DNA of 64,000 nt from contig CACHAK010000001.1 in NCBI GenBank assembly GCA_902577765.1, positions 187,183 through 251,182 on the forward strand, written 5' to 3'. Positions 55,183 to 64,000 of the stretch are shown piece by piece. Under the pieces are notes generated by a model that saw nothing but the letters and a program-made list of their open reading frames with translations, searched no databases and was not told the origin of the DNA. Within the stretch, counting starts at the first letter, position 1. Every line of letters begins with the position of its first letter. Source of the stretch: an uncultured Pelagibacteraceae bacterium. GTDB taxonomy: Bacteria > Pseudomonadota > Alphaproteobacteria > Pelagibacterales > AG-422-B15. Position numbers and translations under genes: made by a program.

Positions 55183-55923
55183 ATGACCCTACCTCGTCTT
55201 GGTGTAAATATTGATCACGTAGCAACTTTAAGAAACGCTAGAGGAGAAAATTATCCAAGCCCATTAAGAGCTGCTCTTTTGTGCCAAGAATATGGAGCAG
55301 ATGGCATAACTACTCATCTAAGAGAAGATAGACGTCATATAAGAGATGATGATATTTATGAAATTATTAAGAATATTTCAATTCCATTAAATTTTGAAAT
55401 GGCACCAACCGATGAAATGATTGATATAGCAGTGAATGCAGGTCCGAATGCATGTTGTATTGTTCCAGAAAAAAGAGAAGAAATAACTACTGAGGGCGGA
55501 ATAGATGTAAGAGGTAATCATAATATTCTTGTACCAAAAATTGAAAAGATAAAAAAAAATAACATAAGGGTTTCTTTATTTATAGACGCCTCAACGGACC
55601 AAATCAGAATAGCAAAAGAGATTGGCGCTGACATTGTAGAGCTGCATACTGGAGAATATTGCCGAAAAATAAACTATAATGAAGATGCCTCATCAGAACT
55701 CGAACGGATTAAAGAAGCAGCAGATTTTAGTAATAGCATTGGACTTGAATTACATTTAGGTCATGGAATAACATTCGATTCTGTAGAGGAACTTTCTAAG
55801 ATACAGGAAGTAAAAGAGTTTAACGTTGGACATTTTATTATTTCAGAGTCGATTTTTATTGGACTAGAAAAATCAATAAGTAAATTTAAAGAGTTGATTA
55901 AAAAAGGAAGGAACATTCAGTGA
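55183..55923 (+). CDS. pdxJ: Pyridoxine 5'-phosphate synthase
   Basis: LGVNIDHVATLRNARG start and THLREDRRHI motif. Confidence 0.93.
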   Translation: MTLPRLGVNIDHVATLRNARGENYPSPLRAALLCQEYGADGITTHLREDRRHIRDDDIYEIIKNISIPLNFEMAPTDEMIDIAVNAGPNACCIVPEKREEITTEGGIDVRGNHNILVPKIEKIKKNNIRVSLFIDASTDQIRIAKEIGADIVELHTGEYCRKINYNEDASSELERIKEAADFSNSIGLELHLGHGITFDSVEELSKIQEVKEFNVGHFIISESIFIGLEKSISKFKELIKKGRNIQ

Positions 55924-56312
55924 TAGGCCTTGGATCAGATTTAATTGATATTCGTAGAATAGAAAATATGCTTTCCAAGTTTGGAGATAGGTTTAAAAAA
56001 AGAATTTTTACAGAAAATGAGATAAAAAAATGTGAAAGAAGAAAAGAAAGTGCAGCTTGTTACGCTAAAAGGTTTGCAGCTAAAGAAGCTGCGGCAAAGG
56101 CTCTTGGCACAGGTTTTAGAAATGGAGTATTTTGGAGAGATTTAGAAGTTACCAATCTACCTTCAGGAAAACCTACGATTACTTTTCATGGAAATTCTCA
56201 ACTTCGACTCAAAAAAATATTGAACGATAAGAAGCCAGACATTAATTTAACAATCACTGATGAGTTTCCTTACGCACAAGCAATTGTAACAATAAATAAA
56301 TTTTATGACTGA
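55920..56312 (+). CDS. acpS: Holo-[acyl-carrier-protein] synthase
   Basis: GSDLIDIRRIE and FAAKEAAAKALGTG motifs. GTG start in a GTGA overlap with pdxJ. Confidence 0.88.
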   Translation: MIGLGSDLIDIRRIENMLSKFGDRFKKRIFTENEIKKCERRKESAACYAKRFAAKEAAAKALGTGFRNGVFWRDLEVTNLPSGKPTITFHGNSQLRLKKILNDKKPDINLTITDEFPYAQAIVTINKFYD

Positions 56313-57039
56313 TAAAGTTCTTAGTAAATCTTGGTTTAAATCAAATTTGTTAACATTGCTTTATGCATTGTTAATAGCTTTATTGATTAGAACTTTTTTA
56401 TTCCAACCATTTTTTATTCCCTCTTCCTCGATGGAGCCAAATTTACTAATCGGCGACCGTTTATTTGCTTCAAAGTATGACTATGGTTATAGTAAACATT
56501 CATTTCCATTTAGTCTTGGGCCAATATCAGATCGAGTTTTATCAAGAAACCCAGAAAGAGGTGATGTTATAATATTTAAACCGCCTCATACTAATTTGGA
56601 CTATATAAAAAGATTAGTCGGCATGCCGGGAGATACTATCAAAGTTATAGATGGAAAATTAATTATTAATGGAAATAGTGCCAAATATAAAGCTTTACGA
56701 GAAGATACAAAAATTCTGAAAAATGGACGCTTAGTAAAGGCAAGAGTTCTTATCGAAACTTTACCAAACGGAAAATCATATGAGATTTATAATTATATTG
56801 ATGGATCACCAGGCGATAATACTGATGAAATAATTGTTCCTAACGACAGTTACTTTTTCCTAGGTGATAATAGAGATAATTCAAATGATAGCCGATTTTG
56901 GGGCTCAGTAAATTTTGACAGATTAGTGGGTAAGGCACAAATTATTTTTTTTTCAACCGAAGGCGGTTCAAAATTTTATGAAATCTGGAAGTGGCCTTTT
57001 GATATACAATTTAAAAGGTTATTTAAGCTAATAAGTTAA
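56305..57039 (+). CDS. lepB: Signal peptidase I
   Basis: N-terminal TM helix, catalytic SSSMEPNL (Ser), KRLVGMPGD (Lys), GDNRDNSNDSRFWG box. Confidence 0.92.
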   Translation: MTDKVLSKSWFKSNLLTLLYALLIALLIRTFLFQPFFIPSSSMEPNLLIGDRLFASKYDYGYSKHSFPFSLGPISDRVLSRNPERGDVIIFKPPHTNLDYIKRLVGMPGDTIKVIDGKLIINGNSAKYKALREDTKILKNGRLVKARVLIETLPNGKSYEIYNYIDGSPGDNTDEIIVPNDSYFFLGDNRDNSNDSRFWGSVNFDRLVGKAQIIFFSTEGGSKFYEIWKWPFDIQFKRLFKLIS

Positions 57040-57719
57040 TGGCAAAAAATTTATCAATATTAGAAAAAAAAATTTCCTACAAATTTAAAGACAAAACCCT
57101 TTTAAAACGGGCGGTCACGCATAAGAGTTACAAAAAACATGAAAGTAATGAAAACTTGGAATTTCTTGGTGATAGGGTGTTAGGATTAGTAATTTCAGAA
57201 AAACTTTTAATAGATAAGCCCGGTAAACAAGAAGGTGCTCTCGACAAAATGCTAAGTAGTCTGGTAGACAGAACTGCCTGCCATGAAATAGCAAAAAAAA
57301 TATCCCTTGGAGATTTTATTCTTTTAGGACAAACTGAAAAATCATCTCTCGGTAACAACAAAAAAAGTATTTTAGCTGATGCATGTGAAGCATTGTTGGG
57401 AGCAGTATATTTAGACTCTAGTTTTATTCAGGTAAAAGAAGTCATATTAGCATTATGGAAAACAAAATTTGATAATATTGCTGAAGATATTATTGATGCA
57501 AAATCAAAGTTACAAGAGTGGTCTCTAAAAAAATATAAAACTCTACCTAAGTATAAAACAATAAGTAAAACTGGTCCTGACCATAATCCTGAATTTAAAA
57601 TTCAAGTTGAATTTATGAATTATAAAAAAGCCATAGGAACTTCTTCGTCAATTAAAGAATCAGAAAAAAATGCTGCACTTGCTTTTATAGAAAAAAATAA
57701 GATAAATTCTATTAAATGA
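57039..57719 (+). CDS. rnc: Ribonuclease III
   Basis: NLEFLGDRVLG signature and C-terminal dsRBD (KSKLQEW...GPDHNPEF). 1-nt overlap with lepB. Confidence 0.93.
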   Translation: MAKNLSILEKKISYKFKDKTLLKRAVTHKSYKKHESNENLEFLGDRVLGLVISEKLLIDKPGKQEGALDKMLSSLVDRTACHEIAKKISLGDFILLGQTEKSSLGNNKKSILADACEALLGAVYLDSSFIQVKEVILALWKTKFDNIAEDIIDAKSKLQEWSLKKYKTLPKYKTISKTGPDHNPEFKIQVEFMNYKKAIGTSSSIKESEKNAALAFIEKNKINSIK

Positions 57720-58564
57720 AGAGTGGAAACATTGTATTAATTGGGCCGACAAATTCTGGAAAGTCATCTCTTGTAAACAAAATAATGGGACAGCGGGTAT
57801 CACTTGTTTCAAGGAAAAAACAGTCAACAACATTTAATCAAAAAGTTTATAAAAAAATCTCTGAGGACGAATTTATTATCCAAGATACTCCGGGCTTTTT
57901 TTCGAGTAGAAAAAAAATTAACAATAACATCATCTCATCACCGCTTGCTGAAATTGAGACTTCAGATTTAATTTACGTAGTTATAGATATCTCTTTAAGA
58001 ATTAATAATGAGTATAAAAAAATTATTAACTCATTAGAAAATAAAATTGAAAAACAACATGTATTCCTTATACTTAATAAAATTGACAAAGTTAAGAAAG
58101 ATAAAGTACTTAGTGCAATTAAATTTTATTCTAAAGAAAAAATATTTAATGAAATATTTCCAATCTCAAGTCTTACAGGTGAGGGAATTACAAATCTCAT
58201 AAAATTTTCAAAGAAATTCACTATTAAAGCCCCATTAAAAAGCAAACCTTCTAGAAATATACAGATTAAAAAGAAACTATTTTACTCAGAAGTAACACGT
58301 GAAAAAATACTAGATAAGATACATAGAGAGATACCTTATCAGTGCGATGTCATAACTGAAAAGATTAATAAGGCTGAAAGTCAAATTAAAATATACCAAT
58401 CGATTGTAGTTAAAAGACAATCACACAAGAATATACTTGTTGGAAAGAAAGGTTCAATGTTGAAAGAAATTGGTCAAGCTTCAAGAAAAGAAATTGCAAG
58501 ATTTGAAAACAAAAAAATTCACTTATTCTTATTTGTGAAGCTGACTAAAGAAAAGAAAATATGA
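57716..58564 (+). CDS. era: GTPase Era
   Basis: G1 GPTNSGKSSL, G3 DTPG, G4 NKID, C-terminal KH-like region (VVKRQSHKNILVGKKGSMLKEIG). rnc-era-recO order. Confidence 0.86.
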   Translation: MKSGNIVLIGPTNSGKSSLVNKIMGQRVSLVSRKKQSTTFNQKVYKKISEDEFIIQDTPGFFSSRKKINNNIISSPLAEIETSDLIYVVIDISLRINNEYKKIINSLENKIEKQHVFLILNKIDKVKKDKVLSAIKFYSKEKIFNEIFPISSLTGEGITNLIKFSKKFTIKAPLKSKPSRNIQIKKKLFYSEVTREKILDKIHREIPYQCDVITEKINKAESQIKIYQSIVVKRQSHKNILVGKKGSMLKEIGQASRKEIARFENKKIHLFLFVKLTKEKKI

Positions 58565-59283
58565 GGTGGTCTGGAACAGGTTTTGTATTAGGATTTAAAA
58601 AATATAATGAGTCCTCATATATTTTAGATGCGTTTACTAGTGACCATGGAAGGCATAAAGGATTAATAAGGGGAATACACAATAAAAACTTACGCGCAGT
58701 AATTGAGCCTGGAAATGAAGTAATGTTAAATTGGTCTGGAAGGCTAGAAAGTCATTTGGGTAATTATACCATTGAACCTATCAAACTATGGTCATCGTAT
58801 ATACTTAGTCGTAAAGTAAATTTGCATGGCATAAATTCTATTTGTTCAATAATTATATCTACCATGGCAGAGAAACAGCAGAATACTTTTATATATGAAA
58901 AGTCACTAAGTTTAATAAAAGATATATGTAGAAATAAAGAAGATTGGATTAAAAGTTATATTTTTTGGGAAGTTGATTTATTGTCAGATATTGGTTATGG
59001 CCTTGACTTGTCTGAATGTGCGGTAACTTCTAAGAAAGAAAATTTAAAGTTTGTTTCGCCAAGCAGTGGAAGGGCAGTAACAATGGAAGGGGCAGGAACC
59101 TATAAAGACAAACTGTTTAAACTACCAAACTTTTTAATCAACAGATCATCTAAATATAATAATGAGGATTTAGAGAATGCACTAAGTCTAACAGAGCATT
59201 TTTTTCGTAAGAGATTTTATGAGCCAAATAATCTTAATTTCCCAAAAAGCAGGAATCATCTAAAAATTTCAATTATAAGATGA
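58561..59283 (+). CDS. recO: DNA repair protein RecO
   Basis: 240 aa. N-terminal OB-fold pattern ([30 protein letters not shown]). Conserved position after era. Sequence is divergent. Confidence 0.75.
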   Translation: MRWSGTGFVLGFKKYNESSYILDAFTSDHGRHKGLIRGIHNKNLRAVIEPGNEVMLNWSGRLESHLGNYTIEPIKLWSSYILSRKVNLHGINSICSIIISTMAEKQQNTFIYEKSLSLIKDICRNKEDWIKSYIFWEVDLLSDIGYGLDLSECAVTSKKENLKFVSPSSGRAVTMEGAGTYKDKLFKLPNFLINRSSKYNNEDLENALSLTEHFFRKRFYEPNNLNFPKSRNHLKISIIR

Positions 59284-61484
59284 AAATTAAAAATATTAAC
59301 TTCACTGATGCGTTAGAAGAAAAGTATCTATCCTACGCACTTTCAACAATTACTCATCGAGCACTTCCAGATATTCGGGATGGGTTAAAGCCGGTACATA
59401 GAAGGTTATTGTTTGCGATGTTTCAATTGAGGCTAAACTCAAGTTCTGGTTTTAAGAAATCAGCAAGAATTGTTGGCGATGTAATTGGTAAATTTCACCC
59501 GCATGGAGACCAGTCTGTTTATGAAGCCCTCGTAAGATTAGCTCAGAATTTCTCAACAAGATATCCGTTAGTTGATGGCCAAGGAAATTTTGGAAACATT
59601 GACGGAGATAATGCGGCTGCAATGAGATATACAGAAGCAAGATTGACTGCGTTAGCAGAGCTCATGCTGAAAGATATATCAGAGGATACCATTGATTATA
59701 TAAATACCTATGATGGCATCGATCACGAGCCAATAGTACTTCCATCAGCGTTTCCAAATTTGCTAGCTAATGGAAGTTCAGGCATTGCAGTTGGAATGGC
59801 GACAAATATTCCTCCACATAATATCAATGAATTATTTAAGGCTTTATCAAAATTATTAAAAAATCCAAATTATAGTAACTCACAAATACTAAAGCTTATT
59901 CCAGGACCAGATTTTCCAACAGGAGGCGAAATCATTGATAGTGATGATGCATTAAAAGATGCCTATGTTAAAGGAAAGGGAACAATAAGGCTTCGGGCAA
60001 GATGGAAAAAAGAAGACCTTGGAAGAGGTCAATATCAAATTATCGTCTACGAAATTCCTTATCAAGTAAATAAAGCCAGAATAATAGAAAAAATATCTGA
60101 TCTTATAGATAATAAAAAAGCAAATTACCTCGAGGCAATCCAAGATGAGTCTGCAGAAGACATTAGAATAGTTCTCATTCCAAAAAATAGAAGTTTTAAA
60201 GCTGAAGTAATTTTTGAGGATTTATGTAAGAATTCAGATTTAGAAATTAGATACGCCATTAATTTTAATGCAATTAATCACAAGCTTGAGCCAAAATTAT
60301 TTTCACTTAAAGAAAGCTTAAAATCATTTATTGACCATAGGTTTAATGTTTTAAAAAGAAGAACAAAATATCGATTAATTCAAACCGAGAATAGGCTAGA
60401 AATACTCAAAGGCTTTTTAATAGTTTATAAAAACTTAAATAAAGTAATTAAAATAATCAGAACAGAGGTAGATCCTGAGAAAAAGTTGATTAGTATCTTT
60501 AGAATAAATAAGAGGCAAGCCGAAGCAATACTAGCTATGAGGCTTAGACAATTAAAAAAGTTAGAAGAAAAAGAGATCAAAAAAGAAAATGAAGATTTGA
60601 ATACATATAAGAAAGAATTAAGCAAATTACTAAAATCAAAAAATGAGCAAATAAAGGAATTAAATTTAGAATTTTCAAAAAGTTTGGAAATATTTTCAAA
60701 AGATGAAAATAGTACAAATAGAAAAACTATTGTAAATTCAGAATACAAAGAAGTTGACTACTCAACTGAAGAATTTGAAAGTAAAGACCCTGTAACGGTC
60801 ATACTCTCAAAAAATGGATGGATAAAAACTATAAAAGGGCATCTAGATGATTATTCAAACGTGAAGTATAAAGAAGGCGATGCTGAAAAATTTATTATAA
60901 AATCAAAAAATAATAGTAAACTTCTGCTTTTTTCTACTTTAGGGAAATTTTATACAATAAATTGTAATAAAATATCTGCTGGAAGAGGTTTCGGAGACCC
61001 TGTTAGTTTACTGATAGACAAAAATGATAATGAAGAAATTTTATTTGCAACTACTTATGAGCAAGAGAAGGAATATCTAATTACAAGTAGTGCCGGGAAA
61101 GGATTTTTTGTAAATTCCTCAGATTTAATAGCATCTACTAAATCGGGAAAAAGGGTCATGAATCTAAAAAATAACGATAAAGCCATTTCCTGTTTTCAAA
61201 AAAAAGGAGACTTAATCGCTGTTTTCAGTGGTGAAAGGAAAGTCGTAAAACTTCTAATTTTTGATCATTCAGAAATACCTTTAATGCAAAAAGGAAGAGG
61301 AGTGACATTACAGAAGTTCAAAAGTGGAAAAACTTTGAGTGGAATTTGCTTTGACTCTAGAGAAGGAATTTTAAATAATAATAATGGTAAAACTTTATTG
61401 GCGGCCAATGATATAAAAAAATGGTTGGGTAAAAGAGCTCAAGCTGGTAAAATTGAACCTAAAAGTTTACATTCCAAAATTTAA
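59280..61484 (+). CDS. parC: Type IIA topoisomerase subunit A, most likely topoisomerase IV ParC
   Basis: [16 protein letters not shown] and catalytic-Tyr block [10 protein letters not shown]. 734 aa is ParC-like rather than GyrA-like in length. No adjacent B subunit. The ParC versus GyrA call is by inference. Confidence 0.78.
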   Translation: MKIKNINFTDALEEKYLSYALSTITHRALPDIRDGLKPVHRRLLFAMFQLRLNSSSGFKKSARIVGDVIGKFHPHGDQSVYEALVRLAQNFSTRYPLVDGQGNFGNIDGDNAAAMRYTEARLTALAELMLKDISEDTIDYINTYDGIDHEPIVLPSAFPNLLANGSSGIAVGMATNIPPHNINELFKALSKLLKNPNYSNSQILKLIPGPDFPTGGEIIDSDDALKDAYVKGKGTIRLRARWKKEDLGRGQYQIIVYEIPYQVNKARIIEKISDLIDNKKANYLEAIQDESAEDIRIVLIPKNRSFKAEVIFEDLCKNSDLEIRYAINFNAINHKLEPKLFSLKESLKSFIDHRFNVLKRRTKYRLIQTENRLEILKGFLIVYKNLNKVIKIIRTEVDPEKKLISIFRINKRQAEAILAMRLRQLKKLEEKEIKKENEDLNTYKKELSKLLKSKNEQIKELNLEFSKSLEIFSKDENSTNRKTIVNSEYKEVDYSTEEFESKDPVTVILSKNGWIKTIKGHLDDYSNVKYKEGDAEKFIIKSKNNSKLLLFSTLGKFYTINCNKISAGRGFGDPVSLLIDKNDNEEILFATTYEQEKEYLITSSAGKGFFVNSSDLIASTKSGKRVMNLKNNDKAISCFQKKGDLIAVFSGERKVVKLLIFDHSEIPLMQKGRGVTLQKFKSGKTLSGICFDSREGILNNNNGKTLLAANDIKKWLGKRAQAGKIEPKSLHSKI

Positions 61485-61502
61485 TATCTATCTTATTTTT
61501 AT

Positions 61503-62792
61503 ATGGAAAATTATCCAGACAGTTACTATTTTCAAAATGTTGACGTTTTAAAGAAACCTTATGATCAACTAATTGATAATCATGAATGCGACATCTGTGT
61601 AATTGGTGGGGGCTTCTCTGGGATATCAACAGCTATAGAGGCTGCAAAAAAAGGATTAAAGGTAATCGTTATTGAGCAAAATTTATTTGGATGGGGCGCT
61701 TCAGGCAGAAATGGAGGCCAAATCTGGAATGATGTATCATGGGGTATAGACGTAATTGAAAAGAAATATGGAATCAAACTTGCAAGGCAAATCTGGGATA
61801 TATCTCAAGCTTCTGTAGATTTAATTGATGAAAGAATAAGAGAATTTGGCATTGAATGTGATAAAAAAAATGGTGGAATTAGTGCTGCAACGAGTGCTGC
61901 CAAACTAAGAGAGTACGAAGAAAATCGAGAGAATAAAATAAAAACATACAACTACGATAATTTAGAACTCCTTGATAAAAACAGTGTTGATAAAGAAATT
62001 GGTTCATCAATTTACTACGGGGGTATCCTTGATAAAGGAGCAGGGCATTTACACCCAATTAAATATGCATTGGGTTTGGTTAAAGCGGCAGAAAAATTAG
62101 ATGTAAAACTTTTCGAGAGATCAGTAGTTACGAGAATTAATCAATCAATTCATACAGTTGAAGTGCTAACAGATAGAGGGATGGTAAAAGCTAAAAAAAT
62201 TGCAGTATGTTGTAACGCTTATATAAAAGGTCTCAATTTAGGCATTGAGAATAGAATAATGCCATGCGCCACTTATATTGTCTGTACTGAGCCATTGAGT
62301 CAAAATTTACAAAAAGAAATACTTCCAAATGATTATTGCGTTAGTGATACAAATTTTGATTTAAATTATTATAGACTATCTGAAACCAAGAGAATGATAT
62401 TTGGTGGTGCAGTAGGCTATTCACTTAAGATTGTAGAGGGATTAAAAAAAAGAACTAAGAAGCAATTAAATAAAGTATATCCAAGTTTAAGTGAATTAAA
62501 AATTGACTATATTTGGGGTGGATTAATCGCGTTAACAATGAATAGGGTGCCTGACATTGGGATGGTGAACGATAAAATTTTTTATGCTCAAGGCTTCTCA
62601 GGACATGGAGTTGCTTTAACGGGAATTGCTGGAAAGATTCTAGCAGAGAATATGGTAAGCGAAAAAACAAAGGAGCTCGAGGCTTTTGAGAGGATTAAAC
62701 ACAAAAATTTTCCTGGAGGAAGATTATTTAGAATGCCTTTGCTTGTAACCATAAGTTCTATGCAAAGAATGATGGATATTTTCAATGTATAA
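61503..62792 (+). CDS. FAD-dependent oxidoreductase, PuuB-like (gamma-glutamylputrescine oxidase family)
   Basis: Rossmann FAD motif DICVIGGGFSGISTAIEAAKKG, then GASGRNGGQ. From memory, the N-terminal ~90 aa align closely with E. coli PuuB (SYY...CDVCVVGGGYTG...GASGRNGGQ...IDVIEK.YG). Confidence 0.8.
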   Translation: MENYPDSYYFQNVDVLKKPYDQLIDNHECDICVIGGGFSGISTAIEAAKKGLKVIVIEQNLFGWGASGRNGGQIWNDVSWGIDVIEKKYGIKLARQIWDISQASVDLIDERIREFGIECDKKNGGISAATSAAKLREYEENRENKIKTYNYDNLELLDKNSVDKEIGSSIYYGGILDKGAGHLHPIKYALGLVKAAEKLDVKLFERSVVTRINQSIHTVEVLTDRGMVKAKKIAVCCNAYIKGLNLGIENRIMPCATYIVCTEPLSQNLQKEILPNDYCVSDTNFDLNYYRLSETKRMIFGGAVGYSLKIVEGLKKRTKKQLNKVYPSLSELKIDYIWGGLIALTMNRVPDIGMVNDKIFYAQGFSGHGVALTGIAGKILAENMVSEKTKELEAFERIKHKNFPGGRLFRMPLLVTISSMQRMMDIFNV

Positions 62793-63648
62793 CATTCTTT
62801 TTATCGGAATTGGAAAAATGGGCTCTCCAATGGCTGGCTATCTTTCAAAAAAAAATAATGTTTCTATTTATAATCGTACAAAAGGTAAATGTGATAACTG
62901 GATAAAAAATTATAAAGGAAAAGTTATTGATAAATTGTCAGAAAGTAATCAAACATATGATTTTATTATTTCATGTGTAGGTAATGATGAAGATTTAAAA
63001 GAAATCACTTCAATAGATAAAGGCTGCTTAAACTCTGTTAAAGAAAAGACAATATTTATTGATCATTCAACCGTATCTCCAAGAATTGTAAGAGAAGTAG
63101 AAAAAAACTTAAAAAAAGTAGGTGTTAGTTTTCTTGATGCCCCAATCTCAGGTGGACAATCTGGTGCAGAGAAAGGCCAATTAAGCATAATGATTGGAGG
63201 TTCAGAAGAGGCATATGAAAGAAGTATTGAAATATTAGGATTATATGGAAAAAAAATAAAATACATGGGTCCTTCAGGATCTGGCCAGCTAACCAAAATA
63301 ATTAATCAAATTTGTATTGCAGGTCTAGTCCAAGGCTTATCAGAGTCTATTTATTTTATGAAACAGACCGATTTAAACTCTGATGATGTATTGGAAGTAA
63401 TTTCATCAGGCGCCGCACAATCATGGCAAATGGATAATCGTTTTAAATCAATGGTAGCGGGTGAATTCGATTTTGGTTTTGCAGTTGATTTAATGAGAAA
63501 AGATCTTTCAATTGCATTTGCAGAAGCAGATACACATGGCATTAATTTAGAGGTGACTAAAATTGTCGATAAATTCTATAGCGATGTTCAAGATTTAGGT
63601 GGAAATAAACTTGATACATCAAGTTTAATTAAACGTTTAATCAATTAG
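62785..63648 (+). CDS. 3-hydroxyisobutyrate dehydrogenase-family NAD(P)-dependent oxidoreductase
   Basis: N-terminal FIGIGKMGSPMAGYL dinucleotide fold, DAPISGG motif and catalytic-Lys region SGQLTKIINQ. 8-nt overlap with the upstream oxidase. Confidence 0.8.
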   Translation: MYNILFIGIGKMGSPMAGYLSKKNNVSIYNRTKGKCDNWIKNYKGKVIDKLSESNQTYDFIISCVGNDEDLKEITSIDKGCLNSVKEKTIFIDHSTVSPRIVREVEKNLKKVGVSFLDAPISGGQSGAEKGQLSIMIGGSEEAYERSIEILGLYGKKIKYMGPSGSGQLTKIINQICIAGLVQGLSESIYFMKQTDLNSDDVLEVISSGAAQSWQMDNRFKSMVAGEFDFGFAVDLMRKDLSIAFAEADTHGINLEVTKIVDKFYSDVQDLGGNKLDTSSLIKRLIN

Positions 63649-64000
63649 TTTTAAAAATTTTGAAACTTCAGGCGCATAATAAGTAATTATTGCATCTGCT
63701 CCTGCTCTTTTGAATGAAGACAATTGTTCTATAACCATAGTTTCTTCGTTAACTATACCTTGTTGCGATCCGAACTTAATGAGCGAGTACTCACCTGAAA
63801 CTTGGTAGGCAAATGTGGGATACTTAAGTTCATTCTTAATTCTGTATATGATGTCCAAATAGCTAATACCAGGCTTTACCATTATCATATCGGCCCCTTC
63901 AGCTATGTCCATTGATGCCTCCCTGATTGCTTCATCGGAATTCAATATATTCATCTGGTAAGTTTTTTTATCGGTCTTTAAATTCTTGGATGAGCCAACA
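63637..64000 (-). CDS. hemB: Porphobilinogen synthase (delta-aminolevulinate dehydratase), C-terminal part only, 5' end beyond window
   Basis: EGADMIMVKPGISYLDII (Schiff-base Lys) and AYQVSGEY motifs. The frame stays open upstream of the track Met to nt 64000 (...DKKTYQMNILNSDEAIRE), so the Met at 63954 is internal. Confidence 0.9.
   Translation of the reverse strand, partial: VGSSKNLKTDKKTYQMNILNSDEAIREASMDIAEGADMIMVKPGISYLDIIYRIKNELKYPTFAYQVSGEYSLIKFGSQQGIVNEETMVIEQLSSFKRAGADAIITYYAPEVSKFLKLID

Overview
This is a visibly AT-rich, very gene-dense bacterial chromosome segment with an alphaproteobacterial gene order: secY-adk-rpsM-rpsK-rpoA-rplQ without rpsD/infA/rpmJ, and pdxJ-acpS-lepB-rnc-era-recO. 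The compaction includes many 1-, 4- and 8-nt start/stop overlaps, convergent genes overlapping at their 3' ends, and almost no intergenic DNA. That fits a streamlined marine lineage such as SAR11/Pelagibacterales, but taxonomy cannot be confirmed without a database search. Nt 1-28560 is one co-directional block: tuf (5'-partial), tRNA-Trp, secE, nusG, rplKAJL, rpoBC, rpsL, rpsG, fusA, the S10/spc/alpha ribosomal-protein genes, secY, adk, rpoA and rplQ. Housekeeping genes follow: an RluA-family pseudouridine synthase, pccBA, a gamma-butyrobetaine-dioxygenase-like gene, lipB, mgtE, a minus-strand aldH-HAD-RidA-GDPD-panC cluster, topA, plsY, pyrB, ruvX, gatCAB, tRNA-Ser, slt, dapA, smpB, folK, spoT, pyrE, pdxJ, acpS, lepB, rnc, era, recO, parC, a PuuB-like oxidase, a HIBADH-family dehydrogenase, and hemB (partial). 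I call 73 CDS (2 cut by the window edges) and 2 tRNAs, and every sizeable ORF is accounted for. I see no mobile elements, CRISPR, prophage, toxin-antitoxin or recognisable defence genes, and no convincing novel system; this looks like ordinary core genome. The most useful follow-ups are the overlapped aldH...panC operon (possible PanD-independent beta-alanine supply), the BBOX-like dioxygenase lacking the N-terminal zinc cysteines, and the architectural effects of extreme compaction (no room for ribosomal-protein leaders, overlapping convergent genes, a tRNA wedged inside an mRNA operon). Several ORF-track starts are alternative-codon or internal-Met artefacts and are corrected below.
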